39,975 nt of DNA, from sequence record SRR31156797_4760; one strand, written 5' to 3'. A program made the position numbers and the translations under genes. The notes under the pieces are model-generated. The model worked only from the letters and a program-made list of their open reading frames with translations, made no database searches and had not been told where the DNA came from. Of the stretch, positions 9,978 through 18,701 are shown piece after piece (position 1 is the stretch's first letter; the number at the start of each line of letters is the position of its first letter).

Positions 9978-11164
9978 GGGGTCTTTCCAGAAGAGGGTAT
10001 TTTGACAAGCGAATGCTCCAGGGGATTTTCCAAACGAGTAATTACCACGTTATCCCCCCGTTTGAGTCCGCTGCCGATATATGCGCGGCCCCCCTCCATC
10101 CGTAAAACAGTAACCGGAGAAGTCTGGAGGCGCCTTTCTACCACCGTATATACAGTTTGTTCATGGGTCACTGCATGGCGAGGCAGGATATATACCCCCT
10201 CAACGATTTTCCCCGGTACCTCCACCTTGCAAAACATGCCTTCTGCCAAAGGAAAAGGGGAACTATTGTCGGGTTGGAGCCTGACTGCCACCACCAGGGT
10301 TCGTGTCTCTTTATCAAACCGTACTATCCGATCGAGCCACCCTTCCCCTGTAAGATTTTCATTTTCCGCCCAGGTGATTTTGCAAGATACGTTTTTCGGC
10401 TGGCCAAACCAGTTAACCGGCCCACCACTTTTCTTCGCCTGCAGCTCTAGCCAATTAGCCGCCTCCCTGCTGTCTAAAGCGACCAGCACCTCCAAGGTAC
10501 TATCATCAACAATCGTCAGCAGCTGCTTACCTGCAGTGACATATTCATCCTTTTCTACACTGACTTCGATAATTCTGCAGTCAAACGGAGCTCGAATGAC
10601 GCACCGCTTACGACGTAATTTTGCTAAATCACGATCCTTCTCTACCTGACGGATTTGATTGGTAATAGCGTTTACTGCCGCTTCTGCCTGCTCTAGGCTT
10701 GGCAAGGTGCCCACCTTGTTCTTGCGATAGAGCTGGGTCAATCTTTTCAGTTCATTTTCACCAAGAGTAAGGTCGCCTTTAAGGGTCTTCAGCCTGGACA
10801 GTGCTGTTTCGTAATCAATTTGAAAATCCTGCTCATCAAGATTGACAAGCACGGTGCCCTTGGCTATGGTCCTGCCCGCCTCAAGCTGACCATGAGTGAA
10901 AACAACTCGGCCAGCTACCTCCGACGATAACACCACCGTGGTTGTTGCTGTTATCTCCCCAAATCCCCCCAACATCACTTGCCTATCTGTTGGCTGGGCC
11001 TCCATCACCTCCACAGCCAAAGTACTTTCTTTGACAGGTTTCAGATGCGGCGGCTGTTTCATGTTTTTTAAAACGACAAACCCACCAACCCCTACGCCAA
11101 GAATAAGAACAACAATAAAGAGGCGAAGAAGGACAGATGGCGAACGCTCTTTTTCACTGCTCAC
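9974..11164 (-). CDS. RND periplasmic adaptor (membrane fusion protein)
   Basis: N-terminal TM helix, SSEVAGRV lipoyl half, coiled hairpin and IRAPFD motif; overlaps the RND start. Confidence 0.92.
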   Translation of the reverse strand: MSSEKERSPSVLLRLFIVVLILGVGVGGFVVLKNMKQPPHLKPVKESTLAVEVMEAQPTDRQVMLGGFGEITATTTVVLSSEVAGRVVFTHGQLEAGRTIAKGTVLVNLDEQDFQIDYETALSRLKTLKGDLTLGENELKRLTQLYRKNKVGTLPSLEQAEAAVNAITNQIRQVEKDRDLAKLRRKRCVIRAPFDCRIIEVSVEKDEYVTAGKQLLTIVDDSTLEVLVALDSREAANWLELQAKKSGGPVNWFGQPKNVSCKITWAENENLTGEGWLDRIVRFDKETRTLVVAVRLQPDNSSPFPLAEGMFCKVEVPGKIVEGVYILPRHAVTHEQTVYTVVERRLQTSPVTVLRMEGGRAYIGSGLKRGDNVVITRLENPLEHSLVKIPSSGKTP

Positions 11165-11663
11165 AGGAACCTCCTTTGGGTGCCTCCGGGGACTTTCCCT
11201 GCTGCATGGGTTCGAGAACCTGCTCGACCTTTGTCAGCACTTCTTCCCATTTTTCGGCAATTTCCGGACCAACGTCCTCCAGCAACTGGGTAAAGACATG
11301 GAGCACTTTTTCTTCCATTGCATCAAGATAAGCCTGTTCATCAGGGCTCACCTGAATGACTACTTTACGGCGATCCTGTTGCGACCGATCCCTGGTCAAG
11401 AGTTTCCGATCTACCAGCTTATCGACCATCACAGAGACAGAAGGAGGGGAAACGTTTAACTTTTCTGCAAGCTCTTTTAAAGTAACCCCACCTTGATGGC
11501 GAACGGTCATCAGCAATTTGAATTGAGAAACAGATAAATCCAAAGGCCCTCCACCACCCTCGGTTTCGGTTTCCAGACGGGCAAAAGTTGAAAAGATGTG
11601 ATGCTGTACCATCTTCCCTACCTTGAATATGTATTTTGCCTGCTCCTGTGATTCTCTGTGCAC
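11154..11663 (-). CDS. MarR-family transcriptional regulator of the RND operon
   Basis: Winged HTH (TLKELAEKLNVSPPSVSVMVDKL, DRRKV). GTG start at 11663 chosen for the GGAGGT RBS; 11693 is an alternative. Confidence 0.9.
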   Translation of the reverse strand: MHRESQEQAKYIFKVGKMVQHHIFSTFARLETETEGGGGPLDLSVSQFKLLMTVRHQGGVTLKELAEKLNVSPPSVSVMVDKLVDRKLLTRDRSQQDRRKVVIQVSPDEQAYLDAMEEKVLHVFTQLLEDVGPEIAEKWEEVLTKVEQVLEPMQQGKSPEAPKGGSCEQ

Positions 11664-11800
11664 AGTGTATGACCTCCACTTACTTAAGACCATCTTGTAT
11701 AATTGCCTTTTTGCCCAATCTCTCCGAGTCTAGCGTTTACCTCGTGCTGCTCAACCTTGGCCAAAATTTTAATTATTCAAGATACCCTTAACAAATAAAA

Positions 11801-11842
11801 TAATTAGAATGACTAACTATTAACCACGCGAACAATTGTCAA
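11801..11842 (-). promoter_or_regulatory. Likely marR promoter with overlapping palindromic operator
   Basis: TTGACA on the minus strand (11842-11837). The palindrome TAATTAG-N5-CTAACTA (11801-11819) covers the expected -10/+1 region. Confidence 0.55.
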
Positions 11843-11992
11843 CCTTTTTTACGATGTTTATCAGTAAACAAAAAAGCCATCTCCATTCCCTTTCATTCGT
11901 ACTGGTATGTCATTAGGCTTGACTTTTATGTTCCCATTTGTTCAGAACTGTCGTCCTCTTTTATTGATACCAAGGCCACTTAGAAAACAATC

Positions 11993-13351
11993 ATGAAAAT
12001 AAAAAACCTTCACATCCTTGAAGGCCTCTGCCAACTGCGGTTGACAGGGCCTATCATCCTTGCCCAGCTTTCTCAGACAGCAATGGGGTTTGTCGACACC
12101 ATCATGGCTGGCAGGGTGAGCCCTGTCGACCTGGCAGCGGTGGCAGTTGGAGCCTCTATCTTCACACCGTTGTTTCTTTTTATGGTTGGACTCCTTTCTG
12201 CTGTTATGCCGCTTGTTGCCCAGGCACATGGAAGAAACGACACAAGGGGAGTGCGTTCCGCAATGCAGCAAGGACTGCTTACCGGTTTAATTACAGGGAC
12301 ATTATTGATGTTCTTGCTCATGTCCATTGCACCTTTTCTGGTGTGGATGGATGTGGATGCGGCTGTCATCCCTCTGACCGAAAAATACCTCTTTGCCGTT
12401 TCCCTGGGGTTTCCCGTAACGGGACTTTTCCTGGCATTGAGAAATGGCAGTGATGGATTTTCCCAACCAAGGCTTTCCATGTTTGCCGGGTTTGTGGGGT
12501 TGACAGTCAACGTCATTGCCAACTACATATTCATTTATGGGAAGTTTGGGATGCCTGCCATGGGAGGCGTCGGATGCGGTTGGGCAACATCCCTTTCCAT
12601 GCTCGCGATGTTTATTTCCATGATTTTCATGTTAAGTAAAAACCGCAACACCACTTCCTTGGGCCTCTTTGCCCATCTTGCACCACGGATAATACAAACC
12701 ATCCACAAACTTCTCTTTCTCGGCCTTCCCATAGGACTCTCTTTGTTTGTGGAATGCTCCATTTTTGCAGTTATCGCCTTACTTATTTCAAGACTTGGAG
12801 CAGAGATAGTTGCAGCCCATCAAGTTGCACTTAATTTCACTTCCCTGCTTTTTATGGTGCCATACAGTCTTTCCATGGCACTCACAGTAAGAGTCGGGTT
12901 TACGATTGGCAGGCAGCAAAAAAAACGGCTGGTCAGGATAGTTAAAAGCGGCTTGGTAATTGCCCTTTGCTGCTCAATCATCACCTGCCTTTTCATTATA
13001 ATATCGGCAAAATATATCGCAGCAATGTATACACCAGATGCAAACGTCCAGGCCTTGGCCGCATCCTTGATGATTTTTGCGGCCTTTTTTCAAATACCTG
13101 ATGCCATCCAAATTAACTGTGCAGGAGCCTTACGAGGCTTCAAGGACACTAAAATCCCGATGGTGCTTATGGTGGTGGCGTATTGGGGGATAGGACTGCC
13201 AGTTGGTTATATGCTTGGTTTAGGACAGCTGGGTGGCAGAGAACAAGGCCCAGAGGGGTTCTGGATCGGTCTTATCTGTGGTCTTACGGCGTCTGCCTTT
13301 TTCCTGAGCAGACGGCTTTACAAGTTATTGATGAAAAAAAACCTGCCCTGA
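11993..13351 (+). CDS. MATE-family efflux transporter (NorM-like)
   Basis: About 12 TM helices; motifs MGFVDTIMAGR, GVGCGWAT, VAAHQVALN and GALRGFKDTKIP. Confidence 0.92.
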   Translation: MKIKNLHILEGLCQLRLTGPIILAQLSQTAMGFVDTIMAGRVSPVDLAAVAVGASIFTPLFLFMVGLLSAVMPLVAQAHGRNDTRGVRSAMQQGLLTGLITGTLLMFLLMSIAPFLVWMDVDAAVIPLTEKYLFAVSLGFPVTGLFLALRNGSDGFSQPRLSMFAGFVGLTVNVIANYIFIYGKFGMPAMGGVGCGWATSLSMLAMFISMIFMLSKNRNTTSLGLFAHLAPRIIQTIHKLLFLGLPIGLSLFVECSIFAVIALLISRLGAEIVAAHQVALNFTSLLFMVPYSLSMALTVRVGFTIGRQQKKRLVRIVKSGLVIALCCSIITCLFIIISAKYIAAMYTPDANVQALAASLMIFAAFFQIPDAIQINCAGALRGFKDTKIPMVLMVVAYWGIGLPVGYMLGLGQLGGREQGPEGFWIGLICGLTASAFFLSRRLYKLLMKKNLP

Positions 13352-13422
13352 TGCCTAAAAAAGGATCAGAACAGGGAGTTCGGCAAAAATGGAAACCAAA
13401 AGGGTAAAACTTTCAGGGCTTT

Positions 13423-14295
13423 TTAATATAAGCCGTCCATAACCTCCAGGCACATGTCAGCCTTGTTGAGAGTATAAAGATGAACACCGGGCGCACCGTT
13501 TTCAAGTAGTTCTTTTACCTGCTGCCTGGCATAGGCAACACCTATTTTATAAACAGCTGCATTGCCTCCCTCATCGTTTGCTTTCATCAAAGCATTAACA
13601 AGTTGTCCCGGTACTCTGGCATTACACATCTGAAGAATAAATCTGAGAGAACCCATATTGCGAATAGGCAGCACTCCGGGAATGACAGGCACATTCAGGC
13701 CGCGATGTTGAAGGCGCTCTACATAATCGAAATAGACCCTGTTATCAAAATAGAGCTGGGTAATGACAAAATCCGCGCCACTGGTCACTTTGTTTTCCAT
13801 CACATCAAGATCACCGCTAATGGTTGGCGATTCCACATGCGCTTCCGGAAAACCTGCAACACCAATGGACAGCTGAGGGAACTGCTCACGCACATAGGCT
13901 ACCAGGTCAGCTGCGTGGGGAAAGGTGGCGAAAAGCTCTTTGTCAGTACCTGAAAAGTCACCTGGCCGATCTCCCCGTAGTGCCAGTACATTTTCGATAC
14001 CCATTGGTGCCAAGGCTTGAAGAAAACCATCAATCTTCTCCTCATCTGCTGCAACACCTGTAAGGTGCGGCATCACTTCATACCCGCACTCTTCAATCAA
14101 TTTTTCACAGATCTCCAGGGTGTTGTCCTGTGTCGATCCACCGGCACCATAGGTGACAGAAACAAATGATGGATTTAAGGCCTTTAATTTGGTCGCAATG
14201 TCCAAAAAACCTGACCACTCACTTTTTGATTTCGGGGGAAAAAACTCCAGGGAAACACGAGGTTTAGAGTTCTTAATTATCTCAGGAATACGCAT
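13423..14295 (-). CDS. metF: 5,10-methylenetetrahydrofolate reductase
   Basis: SLEFFPPK, FVSVTYGAGGS, LALRGD, ITQLYFD and GVHLYTLN motifs. GGAG RBS before ATG 14295. Confidence 0.95.
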   Translation of the reverse strand: MRIPEIIKNSKPRVSLEFFPPKSKSEWSGFLDIATKLKALNPSFVSVTYGAGGSTQDNTLEICEKLIEECGYEVMPHLTGVAADEEKIDGFLQALAPMGIENVLALRGDRPGDFSGTDKELFATFPHAADLVAYVREQFPQLSIGVAGFPEAHVESPTISGDLDVMENKVTSGADFVITQLYFDNRVYFDYVERLQHRGLNVPVIPGVLPIRNMGSLRFILQMCNARVPGQLVNALMKANDEGGNAAVYKIGVAYARQQVKELLENGAPGVHLYTLNKADMCLEVMDGLY

Positions 14296-14543
14296 GATGA
14301 CTCCAAATAATATAGTCCTACCGACACACCCGTGTCGTAGAAAACATGGCTCAACAAAAAAACAACATATGAACAATCCGCATTACTTTTGTCAAGAAGG
14401 GTAAAAGGGACTTCTATTCAAAAAGCCACAGCTTGTTTTTTTTTCAAAAAAACCGGAAAAGTGTTTTACAAATGCATCAAAAGATTTTATGAAAACTGTC
14501 TAATATATTTATTGCAATAGTGGAATGGTTAGGAGAAGAAATT

Positions 14544-14708
14544 GTGACACAGCAACAAGCAATCAAAATACTGATGCTCAGCCCCTGTTACTGGCTGCTT
14601 AATCCTGCTGCTCGTAAAGAGCTGGTCCTTGAGTATTGTGCTCAGTATGATGCTGTTGCGGCTAACCTTTCTGACGATAGAAAACACCTTGAGAGTAAAA
14701 GCGCGTAG
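14544..14708 (+). CDS. Small hypothetical protein, 54 aa (MTQQQAIKILMLSPCYWLL...)
   Basis: AGGAG RBS 8 nt before GTG 14544, AT-rich upstream region, protein-like helical composition. Confidence 0.6.
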   Translation: MTQQQAIKILMLSPCYWLLNPAARKELVLEYCAQYDAVAANLSDDRKHLESKSA

Positions 14709-14938
14709 GGTTAACATAACGCTGACGCTTTGTAGATATTGGTTGTTTTCCTCCTCTCTTTTTCGACACTAACATTCCATTCAACTTCCAGTTCTCCCAC
14801 ATCCTTTTCTGTTTCGCTCTCAAGCTTCCTGATCTAAAAAGATGCGGTATAAGGAATCTGTCAATTTCCTAGGATTTTCGTCCTATATAGAGGCGTAACG
14901 GAAAAATTGGCCGCAAAGACAGTCTAACAACAGGCTCA

Positions 14939-15274
14939 TTACTTCCGTCTACGGCCTCCTTTACTACCCCACAACGGATCTTCTCCAAAACGCTCCTGCC
15001 ACCACTCCTCAGGGTCATATTGATCTAATTCTTCCTTGCCAGATGGGGTCAACGGGAACCGATATTGGGCACAATACTGCATGAGTTGCTCATAGGCTGC
15101 AGTGAGCTGATACATTTTGTCCGTGTTACCCTGTCCATCGCTCCGTACACTATCGGGATGATACCTTTTCGACAATTGATGATAGGCACGTTTTATTTCA
15201 GCCAATGTGGCCTCATCCCCCAGATGGAGAATATCTCTGGCCTGTTCAATGGTCGCCCATTTACCTCGGGTCAT
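14939..15274 (-). CDS. Small DnaJ (J-domain) protein
   Basis: EIKRAYHQLSKRYHPD with the HPD motif; ATG 15274 lies just after the plsY stop. Confidence 0.85.
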   Translation of the reverse strand: MTRGKWATIEQARDILHLGDEATLAEIKRAYHQLSKRYHPDSVRSDGQGNTDKMYQLTAAYEQLMQYCAQYRFPLTPSGKEELDQYDPEEWWQERFGEDPLWGSKGGRRRK

Positions 15275-15278
15275 GTTC

Positions 15279-15887
15279 TTACTCGCTCTTCTTTTTCCAG
15301 CTTTTTTCATTGCCGGAAAGCAAGCGACCTATATTTTGATAATGCTTTCCCCAAATCAAAACAACGATAAAAGTGGCTAAAAAAACCTTCCAGGTGGGTG
15401 CTCCCAGTATCAACAACAACCCAATAATAGCTGCTGAGCCAAGCAAAGAGCCAAGGGATACAAAACCGGAAAAATATACAGCTGCAATAAAAACCAGGAG
15501 ACAGCCCAAGATAGAAACGGGAGAAAGAAAAAGAAAAACACCCAGGGCTGTGGCGACCCCCTTCCCTCCTTTGAACCCCAAATATACGGGGAACATATGA
15601 CCGACGACGGTCGCAGCACCGCAAAGGGCAATAACCATATTAGCATTGGCCTTCCCGTCCATTAGCAGTGCCGTAACAAAAATAGGAAGAAATCCCTTTA
15701 AAACATCACCGCAAAGGGCCAATACCCCCATTTTCTTACCAAGGAGGCGGGCTACATTGGTGGCGCCAATGTTTTTACTTCCCTGCTCACGAATATCGAT
15801 GCCACTGCGACGAGATACCAATAAACCAAAAGGAATGGCACCAATACAATAGGAAAGGAAAACATATAGTATTTCAATAAGACTCAT
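15279..15887 (-). CDS. plsY: Glycerol-3-phosphate acyltransferase PlsY
   Basis: GAIPFG, GSKNIGATNVAR, GHMFPVYLGFKGGKGVAT and HYQNIGRL motifs. Confidence 0.97.
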   Translation of the reverse strand: MSLIEILYVFLSYCIGAIPFGLLVSRRSGIDIREQGSKNIGATNVARLLGKKMGVLALCGDVLKGFLPIFVTALLMDGKANANMVIALCGAATVVGHMFPVYLGFKGGKGVATALGVFLFLSPVSILGCLLVFIAAVYFSGFVSLGSLLGSAAIIGLLLILGAPTWKVFLATFIVVLIWGKHYQNIGRLLSGNEKSWKKKSE

Positions 15888-15935
15888 GATAGTTCTTTTC
15901 TATAAAAGTTAGATCTATAAACTCGTTAACCAGCC

Positions 15936-16805
15936 TCAGCTTTTATTACGTTTGATCACCAGGTCGAGTTCACAAGCTGCAGCATAGGCTGCAATTTCCT
16001 CCTGTAATATCTCTACATATGGGCAATCGATAACTGCCAGCAGGGTCCTGCGCAACCGCTGGGCAACAACCTCCCCGTCATCACCGGTTATGGGTTCCAG
16101 GATGTAGGGAAAGATCTGCGGCCTGCGGCAAACCTCGGGCCGATCTGCATACACCATGCACCGACCGGTTGGCGATTCAAGGTTCGGACAACTACTCCTT
16201 TTCGGCAAAATAAGACTCCAGCCCTTTTGCCAATGAACAAGAGCTGAAGATGTGCGTGTAAAAAAATCTGCCCCTTCAACCTGAAGGGGCGGCTCGTCCA
16301 TTGCATTGCATTCTCTTGCAGCAGACGTCTCGATCTTCTCCACCTCAAAAAAATCTGCTTCTGTCTTGCGCAGCGGAATCTCAAAAAAAGCCTGTTTCAT
16401 AGTCTGGTCAGGGCCGACACAGCACAATGTGCACCCGCAAGGCCCACACAGTGCGCTATTGATCGCTTCCAATTCCATGGTCAGGATCTTCTGATCGACA
16501 AACGCTGTCATTGCGGTTATCAGATCTACTTCTTCACCCTCCTCTGAAATCACCGGACAGGGTAATTCACCCCCCTTTTGTACTGCCAGCAGTAGCTCCA
16601 ACTGCTCAAGATAAGGTCTGAGTAGTTCTGCTGGTTGACCATAACGGGTATATTCCGTTTCAATGGAATCTGGCAATTGTTCTACAATCTCGACAGCAGC
16701 TGCAAAATCACCAGTAAGCAGGAAAAATTCCACCATTGAAACCAGTGGCAGCACTGGTTTTCGCAGTAGTTCCAACCCTTGTTTCAAATTTTCTTTTTGT
16801 ACCAT
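15936..16805 (-). CDS. YkgJ/CxxCxxCC-family cysteine-cluster protein
   Basis: CGPCGCTLCC ... CPNL ... CMVYADRPEVC ... DCP. Start at ATG 16805 or 16817. Confidence 0.8.
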   Translation of the reverse strand: MVQKENLKQGLELLRKPVLPLVSMVEFFLLTGDFAAAVEIVEQLPDSIETEYTRYGQPAELLRPYLEQLELLLAVQKGGELPCPVISEEGEEVDLITAMTAFVDQKILTMELEAINSALCGPCGCTLCCVGPDQTMKQAFFEIPLRKTEADFFEVEKIETSAARECNAMDEPPLQVEGADFFTRTSSALVHWQKGWSLILPKRSSCPNLESPTGRCMVYADRPEVCRRPQIFPYILEPITGDDGEVVAQRLRRTLLAVIDCPYVEILQEEIAAYAAACELDLVIKRNKS

Positions 16806-16933
16806 ACATTCTCTCATCTGCTTTCAAAAGGGCTCAAATCCTACACAATTATAATCAGGAAAACAAGCGCCAGCCCCTGCTATTCTATAACTATCCAGCA
16901 AGTGACAAATGACCTCGCCTTAACCTCGGATCT

Positions 16934-17040
16934 GTCACTGTTCAGCAATGCTCCAGATGCGTACAAGCTGGTTGGATAATTATGGTATTGCTCTCTTTTA
17001 CTGTCTGATCGTACGTTGGTAGGTGCTGCTGAACAGTTAC
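16934..17040. mobile_element. 107-bp MITE-like element
   Basis: Terminal inverted repeats GTCACTGTTCAGCA/TGCTGAACAGTTAC (13/14 match). Intergenic between divergent operons. Confidence 0.55.
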
Positions 17041-17178
17041 GCCATCCTTTCCATTACCTCTCTTCGCTTTACAGTACTGGGGAAAATGGTTACATATAAG
17101 GCACGATTGTGATATATACACCTGTTTTTCTCTAAAAAACTAAAGCAGTAACGTAGAAATTTTTCCCACCAGAATCCA

Positions 17179-17688
17179 ATGGCACTCCTAGAAATTGTTA
17201 CTTATCCCCACCCTGTACTCCGTGAAGAAGCAAAAGAAATCACTACCTTTGACGATGAACTGAAAAAACTTGTCCAGGATATGAGCGAAACTATGTACGA
17301 TGCCCCCGGTGTCGGGTTAGCTGCCAATCAGGTGGGCATAGCAAAGCAGCTTGTGCTTGTTGATCGTTCAGAAGCCCCTGAAGAGAAAAAATTCATGGTC
17401 CTTGTCAACCCGGTTATCTCCGAAGGACAGGGAAGCCTAGTTGATGAAGAAGGTTGCCTGAGTGTGCTTGAATGCGCGGCCAAAGTAAAACGATTCCAGA
17501 AAATTCATGTCACTGCCAAAGACATTGACGGCAACCCCCTGGAATTTGATGCTGAAGACCGATTTGCACGTATCATCCAGCATGAAGTGGATCATTTACG
17601 CGGAACCCTCTTTATAGACAGACTCTCTTCGCTGAAGCGTACCTTGTACAAGAAAAAACTAAAAAAGATCCTTCAACAGCAAAAATAA
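17179..17688 (+). CDS. def: Peptide deformylase
   Basis: GVGLAANQ, EGCLS and QHEVDHL motifs. Confidence 0.97.
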   Translation: MALLEIVTYPHPVLREEAKEITTFDDELKKLVQDMSETMYDAPGVGLAANQVGIAKQLVLVDRSEAPEEKKFMVLVNPVISEGQGSLVDEEGCLSVLECAAKVKRFQKIHVTAKDIDGNPLEFDAEDRFARIIQHEVDHLRGTLFIDRLSSLKRTLYKKKLKKILQQQK

Positions 17689-17759
17689 AGCAAGAGTCTT
17701 CATTGGCTGTATCTGCTGTAAAAAAGCTTCTTTCCATCTTTACCATCACTCGATACCTT

Positions 17760-18701
17760 ATGACCTCCCTTTTACGCATACTTTTCATGGGTACTCCTGA
17801 TTTTGCAGTACCTTCTCTGCAGGCCTTGATTGACGGTCCTGAACAGGTCGTTGCAGTTGTCTGTCAACCGGACAAAAAGAAAGGGCGAGGCAGAAAAATG
17901 CTGCCGCCTCCTGTTAAAACTGCAGCAATTGAGGCTGGTCTGCCGGTACTGCAGCCAGATAATATTAAGACAGAAGATTTTTTCAAACAAGTTGAAGAGA
18001 TCGCTCCGGACCTGATTGTTGTTGTGGCATACGGAAAAATCCTTCCGGCATCACTGCTGCGCCTACCGCCCATGGGAGCTATCAACGTCCATGGTTCGCT
18101 GCTGCCGAAGTACCGTGGAGCTGCGCCCATTCAGTGGGCCGTGCTTAACGGCGACAAAGAAAGCGGGGTCACCATCATGCAACTGGACGAAGGGATGGAT
18201 ACTGGTGATATCCTTTACCCAGTTGCCATTCCCATTGAAAAAGATGACACTGCCAGGACCCTGTTTGACAAACTTTCCCTCCTCGGCGGCCAGTCGCTTG
18301 CAAAGGCTATTAATCTGATGAAGCAGGGACAACTGAACCCTGTACCTCAGGACAACACTGAGGCTTCCCATGCACCCATGCTTACCAAAGCGCAAGGGCA
18401 TATTGACTGGCAACAAACAGCGGAACATATCCATTGTACGATTAGGGGACTTGACCCATGGCCGTCTGCCTACGGCTTCCTAAATAACAAACGATTCCGC
18501 TTTTTTGGCCCTGAGCTAGTTGCTAAACGTGCCGTCGAAGCTCCAGGCACCATCTGCCAAGCAGACGCTCAAGGGCTGCTCATTGCAACTGGCAGCGACT
18601 ATCTCCGTATCCGTGAAATCCAACCGGAAGGAAAAAAACGGATGACCGTACAAGCCTGTCTATGTGGGACTGCTATTGCTACCGGCGACCTCTTCACATG
18701 A
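17760..18701 (+). CDS. fmt: Methionyl-tRNA formyltransferase
   Basis: FMGTPDFA, VVVAYGKIL and INVHGSLLPKYRGAAPIQ motifs; follows def. Confidence 0.97.
   Translation: MTSLLRILFMGTPDFAVPSLQALIDGPEQVVAVVCQPDKKKGRGRKMLPPPVKTAAIEAGLPVLQPDNIKTEDFFKQVEEIAPDLIVVVAYGKILPASLLRLPPMGAINVHGSLLPKYRGAAPIQWAVLNGDKESGVTIMQLDEGMDTGDILYPVAIPIEKDDTARTLFDKLSLLGGQSLAKAINLMKQGQLNPVPQDNTEASHAPMLTKAQGHIDWQQTAEHIHCTIRGLDPWPSAYGFLNNKRFRFFGPELVAKRAVEAPGTICQADAQGLLIATGSDYLRIREIQPEGKKRMTVQACLCGTAIATGDLFT

Noticed and set aside
10002..10649. Long antisense ORFs (this one, 6712-7209, 10896-11459, 26883-27422, 31608-32246 and similar)
   Set aside because: They are shadows of well-supported genes on the opposite strand and have no recognisable motifs.
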